Shown here: one piece after another, positions 45,901-57,363 of the stretch
Numbering within the stretch: the stretch's first letter is position 1
Layout: every line of letters begins with the position of its first letter
Made by a program: the position numbers and the translations under genes
Notes under the pieces: model-generated
Told to the model about the DNA's origin: nothing
The model's database searches: none
Seen by the model: only the letters and a program-made list of their open reading frames with translations
Source of the DNA: Hormiphora californensis
Taxonomy: Eukaryota > Animalia > Ctenophora
DNA: 64,000 nt
Assembly: GCA_020137815.1 (NCBI GenBank)
Contig: CM035350.1
Location: 682,001 to 746,000 of the forward strand
Direction of reading: 5' to 3'

Positions 45901-46773
45901 CACTTCTAATCCTCCCTCCTTTTCCCCAGACCCCCACGGTACAATGATAGTCCCTGACTCCCCCTTCTAACCCTCCCTCCTTTTCCCCAGACCCCCACGG
46001 TACAATGATAGTCCCTGACTCCCACTTCTAATCCTCCCTCCCTTTCCCCAGACCCCCACGGTACAATGATAGTCCCTGACTCCCACTTCTACGTGATCCA
46101 GCTGGTAGTGGCACACAGTGAGGTTCTATGTCGCACCAAGGTCCCTGTACAGGATGAGGTAGTGATCTGGGTGAAGAAGAAGGGTGCCACAGTTGCCATG
46201 GAGATCAATGAGATCAGGCAGATAGTTGCTAGGGCAACTCGTGTTAGATGCGGTTCAGTCTCCTCCTCCACTGGACAGGATAGCACTGGCAGTAGTTCAA
46301 TGACTGATAATGGTTGTGAGAACACCCCTCCTGTGGTTACACTGCCCCTAACTGCGGAGAATTTAGAGCCTCTCAAATCGGGTCCCCCTCCACTAACCTC
46401 TAAACCACCACCATTGGCATCCACCTCCAGACCCCCACCACTTACATCTCGGGGAGGACCTCATAACATGGGTGTACCTCATAACATGGGAGTACCTCAT
46501 AACATGGGTGTACCTCATAACATGGGAGGACCTCATAACATGGGTGTACCTCATAACATGGGTGTACCTCATAACATGGGAGGACCTCATAACATGGGCG
46601 TACCTCATAACATGGGAGTACCTCATAACAACCAGATAGGAGGTTTAGTAGCCCCAACACGGTCCGGCCCTCCACCCCTCACCTCCAGAACAACAGAACA
46701 ACCACCCCTACCAGCATCCCGTCCCCCTCCACTAACTTCTAGGAGAGGACCACCACCACTAACTAGATTCTAG
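39907..46773 (+). CDS. Extended-Tudor + armadillo-like + Schlafen (AlbA_2) domain protein with low-complexity tail
   Basis: Exons 39907-39996, 41242-41419, 41503-41645, 41718-42332, 42392-42516, 43900-44127, 44259-44466, 44673-44822, 46052-46773. Tudor: VVHVLAPDWVYLQ, CRAVV, VEVFAIDYGW, LMELPAMA; ARM-like: LVRNGGVTVALRTFTHY; Schlafen: IAKELVACLNSPQGGVIYLGVTPTGLITGLPLNRAQKDEFR, FYVIQLVV, IWVKKKGATVAM. One extra base near 44465. Confidence 0.85.
40097..41129. mobile_element. Foldback non-autonomous transposon, Merlin-like
   Basis: 8-bp TSD AATTATTT (40089-40096, 41130-41137); GGCAGGTGCACAGTTGCTCGACAG termini; CTATTTCTGGCTG repeats in arms. Confidence 0.85.
42810..43822. mobile_element. Palindromic non-autonomous transposon, Academ-like
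   Basis: TAGTAGGGACGAATCT...AGATTCGTCCCTACTA ends, 3-bp TSD GTG, inner arms ~460 bp near-perfect (42834-43788). Confidence 0.8.
44928..46090 (+). repeat. 60-61-nt array (~19 copies) of branch point + polypyrimidine tract + AG + exon start
   Basis: Unit CCACTTCTAA(T/C)CCTCCCTCCCTTTCCCCAG|ACCCCCACGGTACAATGATAGTCCCTGACTC; only the last copy (AG at 46051) runs into the open exon. Confidence 0.97.
46453..46630 (+). repeat. Coding 18-nt repeat (GVPHNM)x~10
   Basis: In frame in the last exon of the Tudor-Schlafen gene. Confidence 0.9.
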
Positions 46774-46996
46774 GGGCGTGGTATGTAAAGGAATGGTCCT
46801 TTTATTCTCCAGATTTATATTAAATTTAAAGAATTTCTTTTTTTAAAGAATCTAAAGAGATTTAATCAAAAAATCTTTTTTTCGTGTCTGTAGAATCTTT
46901 TTAATCAATTTAAATCGGAATAATTGTTTTTAGCGTTTCAATATTCCTAAAAGAAATAGTTCCTGGTATCTCTCTAACAATTATATATTTCTAGGA

Positions 46997-47763
46997 ATGG
47001 GCACGAGGGCTCTAGCAGAATCTCTCGGGTTACTGTCACAACCAATAAAACAACGTCAAACCTACCTCCGTCAGAAACCACAGCACTTCCACTTTTTTAT
47101 TGTAATTGATTTCGAAGGCAACGTGTTGGGAAGTCAAATCGAAATCAGAACTTGGTGAAATTATTGAGTTTCCTGCCGTTCTGATGAATGGTGAATCAGG
47201 TGATATTGTGGAGCGTTTCCATAGCTACGTTCTCCCAGTGGAACATCCTAAACTAACAGACTTTTGTACCGCCCTAACGGGTATCCAGCAGGGTACCGTG
47301 GACTGACAGTGCTCCTTTATCAAATGTTATGAGCCGCTTTTTGTCCTGGTTAAAGAGAGTAACCAAGGAGCGTGATATAGTGGTGAATCCCACAGAGGAG
47401 GGGGATTCAGGGAAGAGTTATGCGACCTTTGTAACTTGGTCCGACTGGGATCTAGGAAGACAGTTATCAGGGGAGTGCAGGAGGAAGGGCATCTTTAAAC
47501 CAGGATATATGAACGCTTGGGTTGACCTACGGGATGTTTATAAGAAGTATTATAAGAAGATTCCGAGGGGTCTGAACGGAGCGATGGAGGAGCGTTGTTT
47601 GGTGTTTGTGGGGAGACAACACTCGGGTATAGACGATGCGGTTAACACAGCGAGATTGCTGTTTAGACTGATAACTGATGGGTGTGTAGTACAGATAACG
47701 ACTACTCAGAGTGGGTTCCTACCTCTCTTCAGGAGGGACAATAAACGACCCAGGCTGGTGTGA
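46997..47763 (+). CDS. ERI2: ERI2-like DEDDh 3'-5' exoribonuclease, intronless
   Basis: MGTRALAESLGL N-terminus, IVIDFEATCW, EIIEFPAVL, HPKLTDFCTALTGIQQ, FVTWSDWDLG, GRQHSGIDDAVNTARL; two +1 indels (~47117, ~47304); no C-terminal GRF zinc finger seen. Confidence 0.9.
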
Positions 47764-47957
47764 TCTGATTGTTTTTATTTATTTATATCTCCAATGTTTC
47801 TTAATATTTCTACCCCTTTTTATTACAATTACCATAGAATATTTCATTTTAAAACATGATTGAACAGGTTGTGTCTTTTGAACCATATACCTTATAACCA
47901 CTGTAGTGCAGCTTCCCTTTTAACATCACCCTACTGCAGATTTGCAATGTGTTAGTA

Positions 47958-50600
47958 ATGATATCTTCCTTTCTGTTTGGAAATGTGGATGAGGATGGGA
48001 AACTTGTGGATGATTACCTGGACGAGGTACATCATTGTTATGTTAGCTAAGGAGAACTGGTACTGACCTTTAATCAGTTATCCAACTTCCATACAATTAC
48101 TCAATGTATGCATTAATGACGACTGAGTGTAGTTGTACTTTAACTAAGTAGAAGGGGAAGACAGGTCACGTGTTGTTATCTCGCTGGATCTTTGTTTCTT
48201 GTGTGACTATATTCCCAAAACCGTTAACCATCGCATCATTTCCTCTCAACCAACCAGACATAATATAACCACTAAAACTAAAACTTTGAAATGCAGAAAA
48301 ATTATTTTAACAAAAAACCAGTTGCGGTAAAAAAGCATTTATACCTGCTAAATCTGTCTCTCTTTGCGACACTTCATCTCTCCCTCTCTATCTCCCTCTA
48401 TCTCTCCCTTTCTTTCTCTCTATATAATATATCTTTATATAGCTCTCTCTCTCTCTCTTTTACTATCTCTGACCCTCTTCATCGGATTAATTATTCATCA
48501 GACATTCTCTCCTCCATTAATAGATTTAGTCCCCGGCCATTAATAGGCATTTATCCAGGAGGGAGGCCCGGACACATTAACACGTACCATGGCCTTCTGC
48601 TATCATTTCTCCTTTTTCATTCTTCTTCTGATCTAACAAATACAGCACATGAAAAAAAATCTCGATATAAATAAGAGTTGCACTGGTGAGCTGCCATAGT
48701 GTTATGGAGAGAGTGGGTCTAACAAGGCAACTGCCATCTTGGTGTCTTGCAGTGTCAATAACATCACTGCTATACAGTACACAATGTGACTCTGATTAAA
48801 AATAGTCCTAAGTCCATCATCCGTGTCATAAGGTTGTCTCCCTGGGAGTTTCTTCAGGTGACGAAGGGCTCTGAGTTAGTGAGGGGCTGTGAGTTAGTGA
48901 GTGGCTGTGAGTTAGTGAGGGGCTGTGAGTTAGTGAGGGGTTGTGGGTTAGTGAGGGGTTGTGAGTTAGTGAGGGGTTGTGGGTTAGTGAGGGGTTGTGA
49001 GTTAGTGAGGGGTTGTGAGTTAGTGAGGGGTTGTGAGTTAGTGAAGGGCTGTGAGTTAGTGAGGGGCTGTGAGTTAGTGAGGGGCTGTGAGTTAGTGAGG
49101 GGCTGTGAGTTAGTGAGGGGTTGTGGGTTAGTGAGGGGCTGTGTGTTAGTGAGGGGCTGTGAGTTAGTGAGGGGCTGTGCGTTAGTGAGAGGCTGTGGGT
49201 TGGTACTGGTGATGAGCTGTCACTGGCCATGCTGGTTGCTCCTGTTATAGCAGCATCCTTTCTCCTGAAGGGAGACAGGGACAGGGCTCTGTTGAAAGGC
49301 ATCCCCTCCTCCCAGGGTGTAAAATTATCCGGAGAGAGGAGGGCAGGGCTGGATCGGGAGTATGTTGTACTCCTATCCCTCACCGAGAGCTTCCTTTTTT
49401 CTGGAACTACCTTGGTCTCCTCCTTTATCTCACTCTTCTCCTCGTGTAGCACATCGCTATAGGGTGACCGGGTGGGGGAGGGTCTATTAGAGGTGATGTA
49501 GAGTGGGGGAGCCGTGTTGGTCCTCTTCAACTTGTCAAACTGCTGAGGACTGATAGAGAAGCGGCGTGAGCGGGCCCTGATGCTACTTGTGGGTGGGATC
49601 CTGAACTCACTCAACTCCAAGTTAAAGATCTGCCCCACCATCTTCTTCATCACAAAGGCTTTGAAGCTTGCAATGGTCTGGTAGTAGATGAAGGGGTTAC
49701 CTGCGAAGTTGCAGTAAAGGAGGTACTGTACAAACCTCATCCAGAACCCACTGCCGTTATCACCAAACACCACATACAGGACGAAGGGTAGCCAGGAGAT
49801 GTTGAACATGATGCTGATGGAGAGGACCGTGACGACGCTCTGCCTCTGGAGATTGGTTGTCTTGGCGACAAAGAACAGCAACCAGATCGTGCTGAATATG
49901 ATGACCACGTTAGGTAGCATGGTTCAGGAGGGGCTTTGAGATGTTGTAGAAGAACTCCAGAGCTGGAGTTGTGTTTCTCATTATACAGAAGTAGGTGTCC
50001 TGGTCCAGGATGTATTCTCGAAACTCGGGGGGTTGGAATACACTCAGCAGAATGGATGCAATGCTGATAACAAGGTAAGTAGCCCAGAAGGAGGCTACCA
50101 CAATATACCCGTTCTTGTAGGGTCGTACCTTGGCCTGGAGGGGGTAGAGAAGGCAGGCGAGTCGGTTTATATTCAGCAGAGCTATCATGGCCATGTCCAT
50201 AGCAGCAGTGATGTGTGTTATACCCTCCATGACCATGGGAAACGCCCAGCCCCAACAGGATGCGGAACCCTTGATGAGCCGGTACAGGATGGGCAGCTGT
50301 ACCACTGTGTAGATTATATCAGTAGCAGCGAGGTTCCGTACAAACACCACAGAGACCTTGTCCAGCATGATGGCATTGTACTTGAGGGAGGCCACTAGAA
50401 TTGTAGAGTTGCCTAGCAACGAGATTAGGATGAATACCACCATCCAGGCGCCCAGGGTTATCCTCTCAAAGGTAGACATCCCCCCTGTACTGTTGTTGAG
50501 GAGAACTACTGTACTGTTGTTCATGGCTACAACTGAAAAGAGACAATGTTCATTAGCAATTGTTAGTAATTATAGCAGTGGGGGGCAACGCTTTACAGCC

Positions 50601-50687
<87 letters not shown>

Positions 50688-53600
50688 GCGACAATATACA
50701 AATATAAATAGATCTAAAGGGCTACAATAATTATTTTAATCAGCATAAATAACTGCATTAGATTTCTGTGACATTGTGCTCCGTCATCGGTCAAGTGTCG
50801 GTAAAGTGTCGGTTGTTGCGCCGATACAAGAGCATTAAAGACGCACTGTTAGGTAAGAAGGTAATGCACCCACCAATCTTTCTTATAAGGCGTGAGCTGC
50901 ATATAGTTTATACCATATTGCCATTGTTTATACCATAGTACCATACCATAGTACCTTACCCATTACATACCCATACTACAGTTTAGGTGATCTAGAATAT
51001 TTGCGTTAAAGCGACAAACATAGCGCTGAATTTCTCTGTTTCAAATTCAACAACAACAACAAATCTGTTATAAAGATAAGAGAGATAGATTATAATTGTA
51101 CTATGTAGTTTCGCCAGGCACATAATATATTAAAATTCAAATACAAAAGAATGGTGGTGGTAAGTGGTTTGCACAACTATGCAGTATTTTTTATGATGTC
51201 TCACCACGGGGAAACACCAATCATCAGTAAATTATACACTTTAGAAGTATGCATGCTTTGAAACTAAGCGCATATAATTTTTGAACTCTCTTCGACGTTA
51301 ACTGTAACTATATTGCTATGGTGTGGTTTATACGACGGTAAAATAATTAATGTTGGGCGACAGTGGTATGCTATTTGTCGAATATATATCAGTTATCACC
51401 CACATCTCACATGAAATGAAACATTATAATATGAACTACCACGCAAGCTGTGTCTTTATAAGCTGTGTCTTTATAAGCGTTTTAATCTTAAATTACTCTT
51501 AAATTTGATTCTTTTTTGCTATTTTTAAACCCATCATCACCTAAATATCTTTGCAGGACGTGCGAGAGGCGCTAGGCAATGTCGCTGAGATAGGTAAGTT
51601 ATCAAGTGACATTGTGAGAGATGGAGATGGTCCAACAACGAGCTCCGCTGTAGTCCCTCATCCTGAGGCCCATGTTCGGCCACTCGAGTCTGCAACGGAC
51701 TTTACCGACTTTGATGAGGATTTGGAAGAGGAAACAGCAACTTTCAAGGTACAGAAACATATATTCAGTTTCATTTTAGTTAAATGGGGGGGGGGGGGTT
51801 TAAGTACATGTCGTGAAATTTAGAGAGCTAAAGCATTCCAAGAAATCTAAATGAGTTTCAGAGAAATAGCAAGCTTGACAAGGGGGACCCTCTCATCAAA
51901 GAAAGGGGTTAAGGGTACACCTGGCGTTTTTCATCATCGAGTGCCCAACCAAATGACTTCACCAGGGTTTAGGCCATACAAAATGGACCTCAAATATGCA
52001 ATTTTAGCCCTAAAGTCGAATTCATATTTTTGCTACAGCCTATTTTCAAAGTGGCGTTTTTTCAATTCTTGTTGAAATTTTTAACCTCAGGACCACTTTT
52101 TTTGAGATAGAAACATTAAATTCTTGAAATTTGAAGAGAATATAAAGGTGAATAAGCCCAAAGAAGGATTTTTGAAATGGAGCTTATTTCTGGCCATGAG
52201 AACGGTTTACTTTTTTGCTTCTTTGACACGCTGGCTGAGAATGTTCCCATGCTTCATTAGAGATGAAAATCTGGAAATAGTTGCTCAAAACGATTATCTA
52301 TGTGGCCCAAAAATTTTGGAACTTTCCCGCCAAAGATGTGGTGTACAGAGCTTTTTTTGTGAAACCTGTCTTTTTGAATAAGAGGGAAATTCCCTGTATC
52401 TCAAAAACGGATGATCGTAGAGACTTGGGACCAAGCTTAATCGATTCAGAAGGTCCGATTTTGGGGGGGTCTTCTGAGAGACATTTTGCTCCTACTCCAA
52501 CCGATTTTGCTGTAATTGCAAAAAACCAATTCTATGAAAAGAGGAAACAACTCTATTCCAATAGCCTGCTTCGGGCTGATTTCCCCCTTACTTGCTGATA
52601 CCTTTTTCGCAATTACAGCAAAAACGGTTGGAGTAGGAGCAAAATGTCTCTCAGAAGACCCCCCCAAAATCGGACCTTCTGAATCGATTAAGCTTGGTCC
52701 CAGGTCTCTACGATCATCCGTTTTTGAGATACAGGGAATTTCCCTCTTTTTCAAAAAGACGGGTTTCACAAAACAAGCTCTGTACACCACATCTTTGGCG
52801 GGAAAGTTCCAAAATTTTTGGGCCACATAGATAATCGTTTTGAGCAACTATTTCCAGATTTTCATCTCTAATGAAGCATGGGAACATTCTCAGCCAGCGT
52901 GTCAAAGAAGCAAAAAAGTAAACCGTTCTCATGGCCAGAAATAAGCTCCATTTCAAAAATCCTTCTTTGGGCTTATTCACATTTATATTCTCTTCAAATT
53001 CCAAGAATTTAATGTTTCTATCTCAAAAAAAGTGGTCCTGAGGTTAAAAATTTCAACAAAAATTGAAAAAACGCCACTTTGAAAATAGGCTGTAGCAAAA
53101 ATATGAATTCGACTTTAGGGCTAAAATTGCATATTTGAAGTCCATTTTGTATGGCCTAAACCCTGGTGAAGTCATTTGGTTGGGCACTCGATGATGAAAA
53201 ACGCCAGGTGTACCCTTAAAAGCATGTACCTAATGTTGAGGACAAAGCGGATGGTTCTGATAGATATTTAGAGCAATGCTAGTTGATATAATAATGGGGT
53301 CGAAATGAGATAGATAGAGCTAGTTTTTCTATCGAACATATACAGTCATTAGAGCAATTGTAAAACTAAGTCACGTATAGATGTTAGTGGTTGTGAGAAC
53401 AAAGGCCAATCTTTTTAGTTCAATCTAAATCTTGTGACTATGTGGGGACTATGTGTGATATATTTAAATGGACTACTGCTGTTAGATTAATTTGACAACT
53501 ATATTGTTTCTCAGGTGCCCTCTGTACCCCAGCCACGACCCGTGGTTACTAAAGTTGCACCACCTCCCATCACTGATCCTAATGAGGGGAAAACCCAACA

Positions 53601-56600
53601 AATTCTCAAGTCTTCCTTGTCCAATGTCGAAAAAGCAAAGCTACTCTTCCCGGAATTTTCTCCCAACAAAAAACTCCGGTTTTCTCAATTATTTGGGTCC
53701 AGTGTGAGCGGCCGTGACTTAAATTGTGACTGGAAATACGGGAAAAAGAAGAAAAAATATAAACGCTTTCCGAAGGAAAATGGGCTCTGGACTAAGAGCA
53801 GTTTGACGTTTCTAGAGCCCACTCCCGATATGATCGCGGAGGAGATCTGGAGAGAATTATGAAGGTAGATAAGAAGGAAGCAGCAGAGGAGCAGAAGACA
53901 GGGGAGGGGAAGTTGGAGGAAGGAGCGGAGGATGACTGGAGGTCAGGACCCGGGGCCGCTTGGTACGATCTGAGCAATGTCTCAAAATCAGCAACATCTT
54001 ATGACTACGGTTACAAACTGGCAAAGGTAAGGTCAAGAATATCGCAGCAGACATCTCACGACTCACGCATTTGACATTGGCTGGTCAAATTCAGTCAATA
54101 CGCGTTATAGCAAGTGACGCAAAAACCAACAATGTTTTTTAATTGAACCCCTTCAAGTATGAAACACCCCAACAAAACAAGAAACTCTTAATTGTGGGGT
54201 TTCTTAGAGTGAAAGGTTCTAAATTTTGGGATTGCTTCCTTTAGTGGTTTCTTATCAAAAAGAACTGCGTATTTAAAAGTTATAAAAAGATCAGGAAACG
54301 ACCGAACCGGGTTTTTTTCCACCGAACCGAACCGAACCGAATTTGAAAAACTTTTTTACCGAACCGAACCGAACCGAACCGAGCCGAATTTCGGTAACCG
54401 AACCGAACCGAACCATACAAAACTTTTTCTGTATAAATGTTTCTCTAAAAAGTCATGGAGAGCACCGATCAAGGTATTGATAATCATTCTCTGAAATTTT
54501 GTTAAAAAATGTTTGAAAAAATTTCAAAGTCAATTTTGTGAAAAAATTTTCAAAGTCAATTTTATCGTAAATTTTCTATGTCAATTTTTGCGTACGAATC
54601 GTGTTTCGAATCGGCAATGCTATACGGGAATGGTATTGCTAATTAGCAGGATTAAACGAACCATGAATCGTGTCTCTCTAAATTTCCTAATTAGATTTGA
54701 TGGGGGATCACGTATCAGCACAATCCATCTCGGACCCACTAATTACCAACATCACTCCCGTTAAGCATTGTCAATTAGAAACACGATTCGTATACCATAA
54801 TTTACTTAAAATATTTTTCACAAAAAAAATTTCACAAAATTTCAGGTAATGATTCTCAATACCTTGATCGATGCTCTCCATGAATTTTTAGAGAAACATT
54901 TAATTTTGTGAAAAAACTTTCGGAAAAAAAATTCTATGTCAATTTTGCCGTACGAATCGTGTTGCGAATCGGTGATGCTATGCGGCAGTGCTCTCGCTAA
55001 TTAGCAGGATTTATTGAAACATGAATCGTTTCCCATAAACTTCCTAATTAGATTTGATGGGGGATCACGTATCAGCATAATCCATCTCGGACCCACTAAT
55101 TAGCAACATCACTCCCGCTTAGCAATACCGATTCGAAACACGATTCGTACGCAAAAATTGACATAGAAAATTTTCCATAAAATTGACTTTAAAATATTTT
55201 CCAAACTTTTTTACAAAATTTCAGAGAATGATTCTTAACACCTTGATCGGTGCTCTCCATAAATTTTTTGAAAAAAAAAGTTTCTGAATTTGTTGACCCT
55301 CTCATGAGGACACGATTCGACGGGAAGTCAGGTATCAAATCAATCCATATCGAACCCGCTAACTAGCGAAATCATTTCCACATAATAAATAATGAAATAA
55401 TTGAAAAATTTTGCATGAAAAAGCCCGATTTCTGGGCATTTTTGACCAAAAAATTCGGTGGTTCGGCCAAAATTTCCTACCGAACCGAACCGAACCGAAC
55501 CGCCCAAAAACACCGAATTTCCGAACCGAACCGAACCGAACCGAATATTCGGTCGCTTCCTGAAAAAGATACAAGAGTAAGGCAGCTTTAATCCCCGCTA
55601 CCAAAGACAAGGTTACCTACATCTAGATCCTGCAATTGCATAATTTTACACCATAACCAAACATAAAACATAATTTATCTAATACATGTAATAGTATAAT
55701 TTAACAGATTACAGGAAGATACCTCGATTACAAAATTCGGTTCGAAGCAAATATATATTTTAAAATCACAATGATTTTATTAACAATTACACATACACAT
55801 GGTTACACTACAACTTTACAGAGTGAGCATGATCACAACTCGGAGGGACGGAAGGTGGGGAGTTGCGGAGCTGGGGACAAGTTTGAGGATCTGTACATGA
55901 TGTATAATCAATCCAAGTGGGAAGAGCTTGTTGTTTGGGATAAAGGAACGATCCGACCACCCCCATTTCTAAATAGAGAGCTCCTTATCTTTTCAGGTAC
56001 CGCTGAAATATGTTTTCCGCTTCTCGAATCTATCAGTCTCCGATATACATATATGTATACTATCTATTTATCCGCCGCCCCATCACCTCTCCCTCCTTAT
56101 CAAGTCTCTCTTGTGAAAGAACACCATGCCATGCCCTAATCCTGATTTCAGAGAAACCAGCCCAGTACCAGGACATACACGAATCTATTTTGAAACCAAC
56201 AAACAAGAAGTTGCTGGACAACAACTGGGAAAACTCTATCATATGGGATACGAAGGTAGGTACATTGAACACGTGGTACTATGTATGATACTTCGTGCGT
56301 GGTACTGTACGTGATTAGAATTGGTAAATGAAACGTAGAGAGGAGGAATGACGCGTCTCTTTGTGGAGGGGTGCAGGTATACTGAACTGGTATGATGGTG
56401 TACTAAACAATGGTATCTTGTTGTTATATATCTGAGTTAGGATTTGTAATGGATGCAAGAGAGGGAATACCTTTTGCTCACGTCACCCTCACATCACATG
56501 GTAAACCTTCTAGATCTGTAACCTTGATATTACCTTGTTCAGAAGTGGCAGTGCTGACACTGATATCCCTTCTCACGCCAGCTTTAGTAAAGTCGATAAT

Positions 56601-57331
56601 CACGGTGAACGAGACAGTGTCAACATTTGTCTCTGTGTCTGGGGTAAGGTGTAAGATGTATCACAATGTGGGGAGAAATAATATATTGGCACTAATAGTA
56701 GCAGCTGTTAAAATTTATTTACCTTCAACTGAAATTAAGAATTCTATCACACCATCCTCCGTCTCACTACTGGTCCCTGTAAACCCGGCTCCTACTTTTC
56801 CCCGATTAAAGGGAAACTTCACGGCAGCGTGAGGTGAAGAGAGGGTGAATTTAGCATCGTAATCTGCCTCCAATATACCCTTTACTTTGACAACATATTG
56901 TCCAGGTTTCCCTCTTATAAGTGTGCTTTTCCAAAACGATGAAACACCTTGGGGGACGAAAGTAGTGAATCTCTTTCAGCTTTCTCTCCATCTCTCTTTC
57001 TCTATCTCTCTCTATCTATTTTAACGGATGGACGACAGTTTTATAGCGAATCCGTGACTTGTCATCCGTTGAAATAGTGTATTTAAAGAACTTGACTCAT
57101 ACAATTCACTGTCACTTCTAGTCCCCCCCCCCTCTCTCGAGAGATCTCTCGCTCCATCTGCAAGTTTGGATCTCTTCCTAAGAGAGGTTCCAGATTTGCC
57201 ACCAACCCCCGGATACCCAGCTAATAACAGAAATTTGTTGATTGAGTGGTGCGGGGGAATCAGGCGGTTCGGAGAACAACGGATGGCCCTCTAACTTGGA
57301 AAACCCTTCATAAGTAATCATAAGTAAGTAA

Positions 57332-57363
<32 letters not shown>

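Noticed and set aside
47100-47330. Programmed frameshifting or readthrough in ERI2
   Set aside because: No slippery heptamer or stimulatory structure seen; same indel pattern occurs across unrelated genes.
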